A DNA stretch of 56,810 nt from Singulisphaera sp. GP187. GTDB lineage: Bacteria; Planctomycetota; Phycisphaerae; Phycisphaerales; SM1A02. The notes beneath the pieces were generated by a model that did no database searches, was not told where the DNA came from, and was given only the letters and a program-made list of their open reading frames with translations. The stretch covers positions 1-56,810 of the forward strand of contig CAMDAQ010000001.1 of NCBI GenBank assembly GCA_945888705.1, read 5' to 3'. The position numbers and the translations under genes were made by a program. Positions 8,025 through 16,283 of the stretch are shown piece by piece (within the stretch, counting starts at the first letter, position 1; every line of letters begins with the position of its first letter).

Positions 8025-8822
8025 TCACTTGCGGCGACGCGCACCAACGAGCCCGGCAACGCCCAGCAGCGCGATCGCGCCGGGAGCGGGCACCGGGATG
8101 AAGATGTCCGTGGACGACCAGTTCGAGCTGCTGATGGTCTGCGCCACGTTGCGATTCAACAGGTCCTGGAAGCTGTTGTAGACGGCGAATCCGCTGACGC
8201 TCCCGTTGGGGCCGCCGGTGTTCGTTCGGTAGAACTTGCCCTCGAAGGCGAAGAACCGGTCGTTCCAGCCGTACGTCGTGCCGTATGCGGAGTACTGGCC
8301 ATTGGTGTTGGTCAGGAAGTCCTGGAACGAGGTGTACTTCGTCACGCCGTTGTTGCCGGTCGAGCTGGTGCCGTTGCGGTAGAAGTTGCCTTGACCGTCG
8401 GCCCACATGTCATCTTCTCGATCCCAGCCAGCCGTCGAGCCGAAACCCGAGAAGTCGAACACTTCGCCGCCAGTGTTCGCGCGCAGGTTCGCGAGCGGGT
8501 CGCTCGGCGAAGCGCTGTAGCGCACGATCTGGCTGATGCGCCCCTGCGAGTTGTAAAGGGTCTTGTAGATGTACGGGTCAGCCGTCTGGCCTTCGACGAA
8601 GTCGCCGAAGATCGACGTGTAGCGCGCATCGTTGATGGAGGGTGAGATGGCAGCAGAGAGGCCATTGCTCTGATTGGCGCCCAGCGCAGCAACGCTGGCG
8701 TAGCCCGTCAGCGTGGTGGCAGCGCCTGAGGCGTTGTTGGTGCGCCAGATACCGGTCAGGGCTGCATCAGCGGAGGCAGCCACGGCAAGCCCAAGGAGGG
8801 CTGTCGGGAGGAACAAACGCAT
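8025..8822 (-). CDS. Four-repeat surface protein with PEP-CTERM-like anchor (paralogue family member 3)
   Basis: Signal peptide MRLFLPTALLGLAVAASADA. Repeats: GYASVAALGAN, RYSASPSDPLANLRAN, KYTSFQDFLTN, VYNSFQDLLNRN. The tail is VPAPGAIALLGVAGLVGARRRK. Confidence 0.85.
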   Translation of the reverse strand: MRLFLPTALLGLAVAASADAALTGIWRTNNASGAATTLTGYASVAALGANQSNGLSAAISPSINDARYTSIFGDFVEGQTADPYIYKTLYNSQGRISQIVRYSASPSDPLANLRANTGGEVFDFSGFGSTAGWDREDDMWADGQGNFYRNGTSSTGNNGVTKYTSFQDFLTNTNGQYSAYGTTYGWNDRFFAFEGKFYRTNTGGPNGSVSGFAVYNSFQDLLNRNVAQTISSSNWSSTDIFIPVPAPGAIALLGVAGLVGARRRK

Positions 8823-8975
8823 GTTGAACGAATCCTGGAGGGAAGGGGAGCGTGGGCCGGAGCCGGATCGAACACCAATCGGGCTGGCCCACGGGTCGGA
8901 AACCTAGCCTAACTTCGCGTTCGCTCCAAACGGATCCTGCCAAATCACGGCGCAGTAGTTCGGAGTCCATGGTCC

Positions 8976-9017
8976 GCAGACCGACCCCGAAACGACGAAG
9001 CGGAAGGCGCTGGGGCC
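8976..9017. repeat. 42-bp direct repeat, copy A
   Basis: gcagaccgaccccgaaacgacgaagcggaaggcgctggggcc is identical to 9118-9159. It is followed by ggagtgaagggatttgagg, which resembles the tRNA-Pro 3' flank and T-arm (ggagtgagg...gggatttgaacc). Confidence 0.8.
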
Positions 9018-9117
9018 AATCGGATCGGGTTGATGAGCGGGAGTGAAGGGATTTGAGGCCGGCGCAGCCGGCCCAGAAGCCCGCGCGGCCGCAGGCCGCA
9101 GCGGCGCGCAGCGCCGC

Positions 9118-9159
9118 GCAGACCGACCCCGAAACGACGAAGCGGAAGGCGCTGGGGCC
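9118..9159. repeat. 42-bp direct repeat, copy B (contains the 5' half of the tRNA-Pro terminator hairpin)
   Basis: Identical 42-mer located 142 bp from copy A, immediately 3' of tRNA-Pro on the minus strand. Confidence 0.8.
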
Positions 9160-9168
9160 TTCCGCTTC
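9139..9168 (-). terminator. Hairpin immediately downstream of tRNA-Pro
   Basis: GAAGCGGAAGG (9139-9149) pairs perfectly with CCTTCCGCTTC (9158-9168). On the minus strand it is followed by GTCGTTTCGG, a weak U-tract. Confidence 0.45.
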
Positions 9169-9179
9169 GGAGTGAGGAG

Positions 9180-9254
9180 TCGGGCTGGCGGGATTTGAAC
9201 CCACGACCTTTTGACCCCCAGTCAAACGCGCTAGCCAAGCTGCGCTACAGCCCG
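9180..9254 (-). tRNA. tRNA-Pro (anticodon GGG)
   Basis: Hand-folded cloverleaf of 75 nt. Acceptor CGGGCTG/CAGCCCG, D stem GCGC/GCGC, anticodon stem TTTGA/TCAAA with loop CTGGGGG, T arm GTGGG-TTCAAAT-CCCGC, discriminator A. No encoded CCA. Confidence 0.9.
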
Positions 9255-9312
9255 AGAGGGGGAGGAGTATAGCGGGATCCGCCTCCTCGCCGAACGGCCG
9301 CATAATGCCGCT

Positions 9313-9519
9313 GTGATGCGCGGGCTTCGTTCCTTGCTTGCCGATCTCCATGCCCGCTCCGCCCGGGCGTGGTCGGCGCGGTGCCTGACCTGCGGGAACG
9401 CCTTCCCTGTTCCAGGCATCCGTCTTGCTGCCGCGGGCCGACCCATCAAGCTGCTGCGATGCCCTCGATGCCAGCGGTGGCGATGCTGCAGGATCGAGCC
9501 GACTTCCAAGCCTCGATAG
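9313..9519 (+). CDS. Possible small zinc-ribbon protein (CxxC...CxxC)
   Basis: 68-aa ORF (GTG 9313 / ATG 9316) containing CLTCGNAF...RCPRCQRW. It ends 13 nt before the next gene. There is no family assignment and it could be noise in high-GC DNA. Confidence 0.3.
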   Translation: MMRGLRSLLADLHARSARAWSARCLTCGNAFPVPGIRLAAAGRPIKLLRCPRCQRWRCCRIEPTSKPR

Positions 9520-9531
9520 AGTGCCCCACCC

Positions 9532-10086
9532 ATGAGATCAACAGCATTCCTCGTCGCCGTGCTCGTTTCAGCGGGCTGTGCAACCACCGCAAAGGACGCC
9601 CCGCAGTCGACGAAGGCCGTTGGGCCCGCCGCGGCACCGGCGCTCGAACCGCTGGCCTTCATGCAAGGTGCCTGGACTCAGCAGCAGGCCAACGGTGCGA
9701 TGATCGAGGAGCACTGGATGCCGCCGCGTGGCACGGCCATGCTGGGATCGTTCCGGCGCATCCTCGGCAACGGTGCGGTGCCCTTCTACGAGTTCACGCA
9801 GATCGTGGCAGAGAAGGATCGCGTCGTCCTGCGCCAGGTGCACATCCACGGCAACTTCGAGCCTGACCCCAAGCGCACCGAGCCGATGGAGCTCGTGCTC
9901 GAGCGTGCAGGCAGTGACAGCGCGACCTTCGTGCCCGCTGCGGAACGAGCCAACGCGGGCGAGCTCGAGCGCATCACGTACGCGCGCGAAGGTGGTGATG
10001 TGCTCGTGCTCACCGTGCAGCCGAAGGCCCGCGAGGGCAAGCCTGCCGATCCGCCGCTGGTGTTTCGGATGCAGCGCTGTCGCTGA
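9532..10086 (+). CDS. Lipoprotein, DUF6265-like
   Basis: Lipobox LVSAGC at the end of the signal peptide MRSTAFLVAVLVSAGC. FMQGAWTQQ...IEEHWMPPRGTAMLGSFR resembles the conserved core I associate with the DUF6265 family. Confidence 0.75.
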   Translation: MRSTAFLVAVLVSAGCATTAKDAPQSTKAVGPAAAPALEPLAFMQGAWTQQQANGAMIEEHWMPPRGTAMLGSFRRILGNGAVPFYEFTQIVAEKDRVVLRQVHIHGNFEPDPKRTEPMELVLERAGSDSATFVPAAERANAGELERITYAREGGDVLVLTVQPKAREGKPADPPLVFRMQRCR

Positions 10087-10107
10087 GCCATCGACGGCCC
10101 GGACTTG

Positions 10108-10159
10108 CCGGAAAAGAAGAACCGCTGCGTGACCCGGGGATCCGAGCCACGCAGCGGTT
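10108..10159 (-). terminator. Rho-independent terminator of tRNA-Ser
   Basis: Perfect 12-bp stem AACCGCTGCGTG (10120-10131) / CACGCAGCGGTT (10148-10159). On the minus strand it is followed by TTCTTCTTTTCC. Confidence 0.75.
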
Positions 10160-10164
10160 GCCAA

Positions 10165-10251
10165 CGGACAGGGGGAGATTCGAACTCCCGATACGGTTAC
10201 CCGTATACAGCATTTCCAATGCTGCTCCTTCAACCGCTCGGACACCTGTCC
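10165..10251 (-). tRNA. tRNA-Ser (anticodon GGA)
   Basis: 87 nt. Acceptor GGACAGG/CCTGTCC, anticodon stem CAGCA/TGCTG with loop TTGGAAA, long variable arm TATACGGGTAACCGTATC, T arm GGGAG-TTCGAAT-CTCCC, discriminator G. Confidence 0.9.
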
Positions 10252-10275
10252 AAGGTGGGCCACTAGAGTAGCGGC

Positions 10276-10974
10276 ATGAGCGCTCCTGCTGCGCCACCCG
10301 ACCTGCACGGCATCCTGGTGATCGATAAGCCGCTTGGCATGACCAGCATGCGCGTGGTCGAGCGCGTGAGGTACCGCGCGGCCAAGGCCCGCACGGGGCA
10401 CGCGGGCACGCTCGATCCCTTGGCCACCGGTGTGCTGGTGGTGGCGATCGGCCGCGCGACCAAGTCGATCGATCGCTTGATGGCGGGCGAGAAGCGCTAC
10501 GAGACGACCATCGATCTCTCCGCCTTCACCACGACCGATGACAACGAGGGTGAGCGCACTGAGGTCGCGTCCCCCGCGCCCACGCTCGAAGCCGTTCGAG
10601 AGGCATGCTCGCGCTGGGTCGGCGAGGTCATGCAGCGGCCGCCGGCCTTCAGTGCGATCAAGGTGCAGGGGCGGCGCTCCTACGACCTCGCGAGATCGGG
10701 AGAGGCGCGCGAGCTCGCGGCGCGCCCGGTCATGATCCACGGCATCGAGATCGATGCCTACGACTTCCCGATGCTCTCGCTTCGCGTGCACTGCGGGAAG
10801 GGGACGTACATCCGAAGCCTTGCCCGCGACCTGGGCACCGCGCTGGGGACCGGCGGGCATTGCCGCTCCATCCGGCGTACGACGGTCGGCATCTACGACA
10901 TCGGGCAGGCCATCCGCATGGATGACCTGCCCGAATCGATCGTGCAGGAGATGCTGCTGCCGCTGCCGGCCTGA
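10276..10974 (+). CDS. truB: tRNA pseudouridine(55) synthase
   Basis: HGILVIDKPLGMTSMRVV...TGHAGTLDPLATGVLVVAIGRATK...QRPPAFSAIKVQGRRSYDLAR...GKGTYIRSLARDLG. The catalytic Asp motif GTLDP is present. Confidence 0.95.
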   Translation: MSAPAAPPDLHGILVIDKPLGMTSMRVVERVRYRAAKARTGHAGTLDPLATGVLVVAIGRATKSIDRLMAGEKRYETTIDLSAFTTTDDNEGERTEVASPAPTLEAVREACSRWVGEVMQRPPAFSAIKVQGRRSYDLARSGEARELAARPVMIHGIEIDAYDFPMLSLRVHCGKGTYIRSLARDLGTALGTGGHCRSIRRTTVGIYDIGQAIRMDDLPESIVQEMLLPLPA

Positions 10975-10981
10975 GCGCCGT

Positions 10982-12445
10982 TCAAAGCGTCCAGGACGAG
11001 AGCATCAGGCCCAGGTCGTTGCCATCGACGATGCCGTCATCGTTGATGTCGGCGATGGCCAGTGACGAACCCCACGCAGCCAGAAGGACGCCGAGGTCCG
11101 CCGCATTGACTGCACCGTCGCCGTTGGTGTCGGCCGGGAGGGCCGGCACCGGCGTGATCGTGAGGTTGGCGGTGTACAGCTGGAGGTCGTTGGTCGTGGT
11201 CACGGGGGCAACGCGCAGGTAGTAGGTGCCGGCGGTGGTGAACTCGTAGTTCGAGAGCACCTCGGCCTGTCCCACGGTGTTGACGTCCTGGGTCGTCAGG
11301 ATGGTCCCGGCGGAGTTCAGCACGTCGATCTTCAGATTGTGGATCGACGATGCCGTGATGCTGGTCCCGGTGTTGCACGCCTGGGTTTGCGGCCCAGCGG
11401 TGTACGTGCCGCCCTGCGGGATCACGGTGAGCGAGGCCTTGGTGCCTGCGGTGGCCACGATCTTCCAGAGGTCGACGTCGCTGTTGTCGTCGATCGAGAG
11501 GTTCGTGTAGCTGGTCAATCCCTCGGCGTTCGTTGGGATGGCCGCGTTGGCCAGCGCATCGGATGCTGCCTCGAGGTTGTCGCCGTACTGGCGCTGCGCA
11601 CCACGGATGTCGTCGATCTGCGGACCATCCACGTTGGTGAAGATGAAGGGCTCCATCAGCTTGACGGATGCCGCTGGGCACACGTGCGCCAAGCCGATGC
11701 CGTGGCCGTGCTCGTGGGCCACGATGTTGCGGAAGTAGCGGTAGTTGTTCGTGGTCGGCCCCCAGCCCGCATCGGAATTCAGGACCATGTCGCCGTTGTT
11801 GGGGAACTGGTTGTACGCCAGGATCGAGGTGCTGGTGAGACCGCGCCCGGCGATGCGCACGTCGCCGCGCGTGGCGCCGCCCGCGCTGCCCCACGCAGCC
11901 CCGTCATCGGTGACCTCGACGTACGACAATCCGGTCAGGTCGCTCCAGCGCTGGAAGACCTGGCGCAGCAGGTTCTTGCCGTTCTCGAGCGATCCGAAGC
12001 GGGCCGCGAGCGTGGCGTTCACGTTGTTCGGCGCGCTGCCGATGCCGAGCCCAACCTCGTCGGGGATCGTCACGCCATCGGGAACGATCGACCAGCGGAT
12101 CTGCACAGGCTGGCCCTGGGCGCTGCTGCCATTCAGGTTCCACCGAGGCTGCAGTTCGTAAGCAAGCCCGCCATCCATGCCACCATTGAGCCAGACGTTG
12201 ATCAGGCGCTGCGTCACCTGCGCGACGAATGCAGGATCGGCATCCTCGGTGAAGCACATCGAGATCGGCAGGCCCGCGGGCAGGTCAGCGCACTGGATGC
12301 CGTTGGCCTCGACGTGGTGGTTGCACCCCGCGCTGCACCCGTGCTCCGGCTGCGGCACGAAGGTCGGTACGGCGCTCAAGGCGGCGGCCATCGAACCTGC
12401 GAGCAGGGTGAACGCAACAGCAACCTTCGTGGGGCAGTTCTTCAT
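10982..12445 (-). CDS. Secreted metzincin (matrixin-like) zinc metalloprotease with PPC-like domain and double dockerin-like module
   Basis: Start at MKNCPTKVAVAFTLLAGSMAAALSA (signal peptide). Zinc site HEHGHGIGLAH (HExxHxxGxxH). C-terminus ADTNGDGAVNAADLGVLLAAWG...DINDDGIVDGNDLGLMLSSW. Confidence 0.9.
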   Translation of the reverse strand: MKNCPTKVAVAFTLLAGSMAAALSAVPTFVPQPEHGCSAGCNHHVEANGIQCADLPAGLPISMCFTEDADPAFVAQVTQRLINVWLNGGMDGGLAYELQPRWNLNGSSAQGQPVQIRWSIVPDGVTIPDEVGLGIGSAPNNVNATLAARFGSLENGKNLLRQVFQRWSDLTGLSYVEVTDDGAAWGSAGGATRGDVRIAGRGLTSTSILAYNQFPNNGDMVLNSDAGWGPTTNNYRYFRNIVAHEHGHGIGLAHVCPAASVKLMEPFIFTNVDGPQIDDIRGAQRQYGDNLEAASDALANAAIPTNAEGLTSYTNLSIDDNSDVDLWKIVATAGTKASLTVIPQGGTYTAGPQTQACNTGTSITASSIHNLKIDVLNSAGTILTTQDVNTVGQAEVLSNYEFTTAGTYYLRVAPVTTTNDLQLYTANLTITPVPALPADTNGDGAVNAADLGVLLAAWGSSLAIADINDDGIVDGNDLGLMLSSWTL

Positions 12446-12563
12446 GATGCAGGATGCTCCGTGGGGGCCCTGAACGGATTCAGGCACTTCTGAAACAGTA
12501 GCCCGATTGGGGGCCAAAGCGAGTCGCGGGACAGAAAGTTGGCCCAAACTCCGGATGGTCGAG

Positions 12564-13796
12564 TCAGCCATCCCGAGTCGGGAGCGACGCGACAGGGCCG
12601 TGGCGGTCCGGACTGAACCAGGTGTCATCGAAGGCACGTGGCGCTACGCGCTCAACCACGATTCGGCGCAGGAATCGACTGCCCTCGGGCCAGTCCGCGA
12701 CCACGGAGACCAGCTCGTTGGTCCGTGCGTCGGCCACCAGCCGCACGCGAGTCGGCAAAGGTGGTGCGCGCATGCCGCGACGACCTTTCCGGATCGATGG
12801 CCCCTCGCGTTCTTTGGGCTCGTCTTGGGGCATCTTCGGCCGGGCGGCGGCGGCCACCTCGGGTCGAAGCGTGGCCTCGATGACGACCAGTGGCTCGCCC
12901 TCGGCCGTGCGCGCCTGAGTGCCGGTCACGACCGTGAGATCGAATCCGCTCTCGAGTCGATCGAGCAGTGGCTGGAGCGTCAGCAGTTCCTCGTCATCGT
13001 TCTCGCTGTCCTGATCGCTCGGAGGACCGCCCATGAGCGGCATGGGATCGCGCATGCGCAGCGGATCCAAGCTGCGGGTCACGACGCCGGCGAGGTCAAT
13101 CTGCCAATACTCGGTGCCATCGAAGCCCCAGGCGATGGGTGGCGCGCCGTGACGATCCCCGAATCCGGGTCCATCAGGACCGCGAGGCATCGGTCCAGGG
13201 GGGGCCGCAGGGTCCGGGGCATCGGGGCTCGGTCGATCAGCGTGCTCCGGTCCACGTCGGCCACGACCTCCTGCCATCGGCGGTGGTCCCGGCTCGCCGC
13301 GCATGCCCGGTTGGCCGGTCCCCTTGCCCTGTCGGCCGCCGGCTTCGCCCGGTACGCGTGGCCCCAGCGGCAGGGCATCGAGATCGATGGCGAAGACGAA
13401 GCGGCGACCCGTTCCGACGTCGACCATCGCCTCCCGAAGGGACTCGGTGCCATCCCGGTTGGCGAGCACGATGGTCTGGCGATACGAGCGATTGCCGGTG
13501 GCGAGCCGGTTTGAGATCGACTGCAACGTGGCGTAGGCGGAGTTCGTTGCGGGGCCGATCGAGAGCACCACGGCGATCGTGAGCGTGGCGGCGAGCGCAC
13601 CCGCCGCAGCGAACCGTGCCACGCCGAATCGCCCCAGACGCGCGAGCACGCCTTCGCGGCGGTCGATCCGTGCGATCGCGGCACGGACCCGCCGATCCTG
13701 CTGCGCAGCGTGGTCCGCTGCGAGCGAAGCCAGCAGGCCGTGCACAAGCCGCTCGTCGGGGCCCGAGTCCCTGGTGTCGTCGTCATGCATCGTCAT
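12564..13796 (-). CDS. Putative anti-sigma factor (single-pass membrane protein, Pro/Gly-rich extracytoplasmic part)
   Basis: The ATG at 13796 overlaps the sigma-factor stop (ATGA). It has a short cytoplasmic N-terminus, the TM segment FAAAGALAATLTIAVVLSIG, and a C-terminal part of about 320 aa with a low-complexity Pro/Gly/Arg stretch. No zinc-binding HxxxCxxC motif. Confidence 0.65.
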   Translation of the reverse strand: MTMHDDDTRDSGPDERLVHGLLASLAADHAAQQDRRVRAAIARIDRREGVLARLGRFGVARFAAAGALAATLTIAVVLSIGPATNSAYATLQSISNRLATGNRSYRQTIVLANRDGTESLREAMVDVGTGRRFVFAIDLDALPLGPRVPGEAGGRQGKGTGQPGMRGEPGPPPMAGGRGRRGPEHADRPSPDAPDPAAPPGPMPRGPDGPGFGDRHGAPPIAWGFDGTEYWQIDLAGVVTRSLDPLRMRDPMPLMGGPPSDQDSENDDEELLTLQPLLDRLESGFDLTVVTGTQARTAEGEPLVVIEATLRPEVAAAARPKMPQDEPKEREGPSIRKGRRGMRAPPLPTRVRLVADARTNELVSVVADWPEGSRFLRRIVVERVAPRAFDDTWFSPDRHGPVASLPTRDG

Positions 13797-14332
13797 GCCG
13801 GTGCTCCATTGAGGAAACCCTTGATTCGCAGGCATTCCGCCAACTGCAGCCGTGCCCGGTACAGGCGCTTGCGGAAGGTCTCATCGGTGGTTCCGGCGGT
13901 CGCCGCCGCGACACGCGGGTCCAGTGACTGCGCATAGATGAGTTCAACCGCCTCGCGCTGCTCGGGCGCGAGCCGCTGCATGCAGTCCATGAGCGGCTGC
14001 AGCCGGTCGGCGAAGCGATCGGCGGGTGTGCTCTCGATGCGCGCGAGCTGCTCCTCGATGTGCAGCACGGCCGCCTCGCCGGCGATCTCATGGCGGCGCT
14101 GCTGCTTGCGGGCGAGCCCGAGCAGCGTGTTGCGCGCAATCCCGCGCAGCCACGGTGCGAAGGGCCGGCTTCGATCGAAGTCAGGCAGCCGCCGCCACGC
14201 CACGATGATCGCTTCCTGGAAGGCATCCTCGACGAGCGCGTCGTTCCAAGCCATGGCCCGCAGATACGCCATGAGCATGTCGGCGTGTTCCCGCACGAGG
14301 ATCTCGAAGGCTTGGCTGTCGCGGGGGTCCAT
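13793..14332 (-). CDS. ECF-type RNA polymerase sigma-70 family factor
   Basis: Region 2 (FEILVREHADMLMAYLRAMAWNDALVEDAFQEAIIVAWRRLPDFD...FAPWLRGIARN) and region 4 (LAPEQREAVELIYAQSL...TDETFRKRLYRARLQLAECL) are both present. The start is MDPRD (14332), or the upstream ATG at 14362. Confidence 0.9.
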   Translation of the reverse strand: MDPRDSQAFEILVREHADMLMAYLRAMAWNDALVEDAFQEAIIVAWRRLPDFDRSRPFAPWLRGIARNTLLGLARKQQRRHEIAGEAAVLHIEEQLARIESTPADRFADRLQPLMDCMQRLAPEQREAVELIYAQSLDPRVAAATAGTTDETFRKRLYRARLQLAECLRIKGFLNGAPA

Positions 14333-14397
14333 CGCGGGGCATTGTCGCAGGGATCGCCGCATGGGACACGCCGCCGGATAGAGTTCGGCTCTTTCCC

Positions 14398-15570
14398 ATG
14401 CTGCGGATCGCGATCAAGATGCTCTTTGGCGACGGGGCCCGGTTCTACGGGATCCTGTTGGGTCTGGCCTTCGCCAGCCTGCTGATCGCACAGCAATCCA
14501 GCATCTTCGTCGGCCTGATGAGCAGGACGAGTGCCTTCATCCGCGACACCCCGCAGGCCGACATCTGGGTCACGGACCCCGACTTGCTCTCGGTCGACGA
14601 TGCCAAGGCGCTGCGCGATACGGACCTTCAGCGCGTGCGGGGTGTGCCGGGCGTCGCCTGGGCCGTGCCGCTCTTCAAGGGCCTGCTTGGGGTCAAGCTC
14701 GGAGATGGTCGGCGGACCGTCTGTGAGGTGGTGGGAATCGACGACGCCACGCTGATCGGCGGGCCGCACACGATGCTCGATGGACAGGTCGCGGACCTGC
14801 GCCAGGCCGATGCCGTCATCGTGGACAATCGTCGGCTCGCGCGGGAACTTCGGATGGCCACGGGCGAGCGCGGCCCCGACGGCAAGCCGGTCTATCGTCC
14901 GATGCAGGTCGGCGACGAGATGGAACTCAACGAACGCCGTGCCGTCGTCGTGGGGATCTGCGACAACGGCGAGAGCTTCCAGTACGCGCCGCAGGTCTAC
15001 ACGACCTACTCGCGCGCGCTGCAGTTCCAGCCCGCCGTCCGTCGCGTCATGAGCATGGTGCTCGTCAAGGCGGAGCCGGGGCAGGATCCGGCGGAACTTG
15101 CGCGCCAGATCGAGGCACGCACGGGGCTGAGTGCGCTGCCTGCATCGCCGTTTGAGTGGAAGACGATCGGCTTCTGGATGCGCGAAACAGGCATTCCCAT
15201 CAACTTCGGTATCGCGATCGCCCTTGGATTCTTCGTCGGCGTCGCGATCGCGGGGCAGATGTTCTACAACTTCACGCTCGAGAACCTGAAGTACTTCGGC
15301 GCGATGAAGGCGATGGGTGCGAGCTCCTGGCTGCTCTTGCGCATGGTCGCTCTGCAGGGGGTGGTCGCTGGCGCGATCGGTCTCGGTCTCGGTCTCGGAC
15401 TCGCGAGTGCGTTCGGGCTGTCCAACAATCCGGATCGACTGGCATTCGTGATGACTTGGCACATCCCGGTCATCACGGCCGGAGCCGTGCTGGTCATCGT
15501 GGTGGGCGCGAGCCTCATCAGCATGATTCGCGTGATCCGGCTCGATCCCAAGAGCGTGTTCCAGGGATGA
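14398..15570 (+). CDS. ABC transporter permease, FtsX/DevC-like
   Basis: N-terminal TM segment, a large periplasmic loop, and a C-terminal FtsX-type bundle (FGIAIALGFFVGVAIAGQMFYNFTLENLKYFGAMKAMGAS...). The stop overlaps the next start (ATGA at 15567-15570). Confidence 0.85.
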   Translation: MLRIAIKMLFGDGARFYGILLGLAFASLLIAQQSSIFVGLMSRTSAFIRDTPQADIWVTDPDLLSVDDAKALRDTDLQRVRGVPGVAWAVPLFKGLLGVKLGDGRRTVCEVVGIDDATLIGGPHTMLDGQVADLRQADAVIVDNRRLARELRMATGERGPDGKPVYRPMQVGDEMELNERRAVVVGICDNGESFQYAPQVYTTYSRALQFQPAVRRVMSMVLVKAEPGQDPAELARQIEARTGLSALPASPFEWKTIGFWMRETGIPINFGIAIALGFFVGVAIAGQMFYNFTLENLKYFGAMKAMGASSWLLLRMVALQGVVAGAIGLGLGLGLASAFGLSNNPDRLAFVMTWHIPVITAGAVLVIVVGASLISMIRVIRLDPKSVFQG

Positions 15571-16283
15571 GCGCCGTGGCAACCAACCTGGCGATCGATG
15601 CCGCCGACGTGACCAAGGCGTACGGCAAGGGCGAGAATCGCGTGGTCGCGCTCGCTGGTGCCGATCTGCGCGTGCCCTACGGCGAGCTCGTGATGCTCGT
15701 CGGCCCATCGGGTTGCGGCAAGACCACGCTCATCTCGATCCTTGCCGGATTGCTCAGGCGCGACGGTGGCACATGCAGCGTGCTCGGCGTGGATCCGCAG
15801 GCCCTGCGCAACGGCCCGCGCACCGCGTGGCGTGGGCGCAACGTGGGCTTCGTCTTCCAGCAGTTCAACCTGGTGCCCACCGTGACGGCTCAGGAGAACG
15901 TGGCTATCCCGCTGCTGATCCAGGGCACGCCGCGCGCTGAAGCGATGGGCCGCGCGGGTGACATGCTCCGCAAGGTCGGTCTTGGCGGGCGCGAGCGCAG
16001 CCTGCCGCTGCAGATGTCCGGCGGCCAGCAGCAGCGCGTGGCGATCGCGCGTGCGCTCGCACCCAATCCGCGGCTGCTCGTGTGCGATGAGCCCACGAGC
16101 GCGCTCGATGGCGCCACCGGACAGAGCGTGATGGAACTGATCGCCCGCGTGGCACATGAGGATGGCCATGCGGTGGTGGTGATCACGCACGACGAACGCA
16201 TCTTCCGTTTCGCGAACCGCATCATCCACATGGACGATGGCCGTGTCACGCGCACCGATGTCCCACCGAAGGAGCACGCATGA
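15567..16283 (+). CDS. ABC transporter ATP-binding protein (MacB/LolD/DevA-like)
   Basis: Walker A GPSGCGKTT, Q-loop FQQFNL, signature MSGGQQQRVAIARAL, Walker B LLVCDEPTSALD, H-loop ITHD. Confidence 0.95.
   Translation: MSAVATNLAIDAADVTKAYGKGENRVVALAGADLRVPYGELVMLVGPSGCGKTTLISILAGLLRRDGGTCSVLGVDPQALRNGPRTAWRGRNVGFVFQQFNLVPTVTAQENVAIPLLIQGTPRAEAMGRAGDMLRKVGLGGRERSLPLQMSGGQQQRVAIARALAPNPRLLVCDEPTSALDGATGQSVMELIARVAHEDGHAVVVITHDERIFRFANRIIHMDDGRVTRTDVPPKEHA

Noticed and set aside
8976-9159. Possible CRISPR array or mobile-element ends
   Set aside because: There are only two copies of the 42-bp repeat. The spacer is GC-rich low-complexity sequence. No cas genes, transposase or integrase occur in the window.
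9568-10860. 430-aa minus-strand ORF
   Set aside because: It runs straight through tRNA-Ser and is antisense to the lipoprotein gene and truB. No motifs.
12990-13380. Collagen-like G-X-Y repeat in the anti-sigma ectodomain (GEAGGRQGKGTGQPGMRGEPGPP...)
   Set aside because: The Gly periodicity is broken after a few triplets. It is better described as Pro/Gly/Arg low complexity.
14368-14386. ECF-type promoter (GAAC ... CGT) upstream of the sigma factor gene
   Set aside because: On the minus strand, GAAC (14386-14383) and CGT (14370-14368) are separated by only 12 nt. That is too short for the usual ECF -35/-10 spacing.
13783-15708. 641-aa minus-strand ORF
   Set aside because: It overlaps the sigma factor in another frame and is antisense to the FtsX-type permease. 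Its composition (R, H, D, P runs) is typical of high-GC antisense ORFs.
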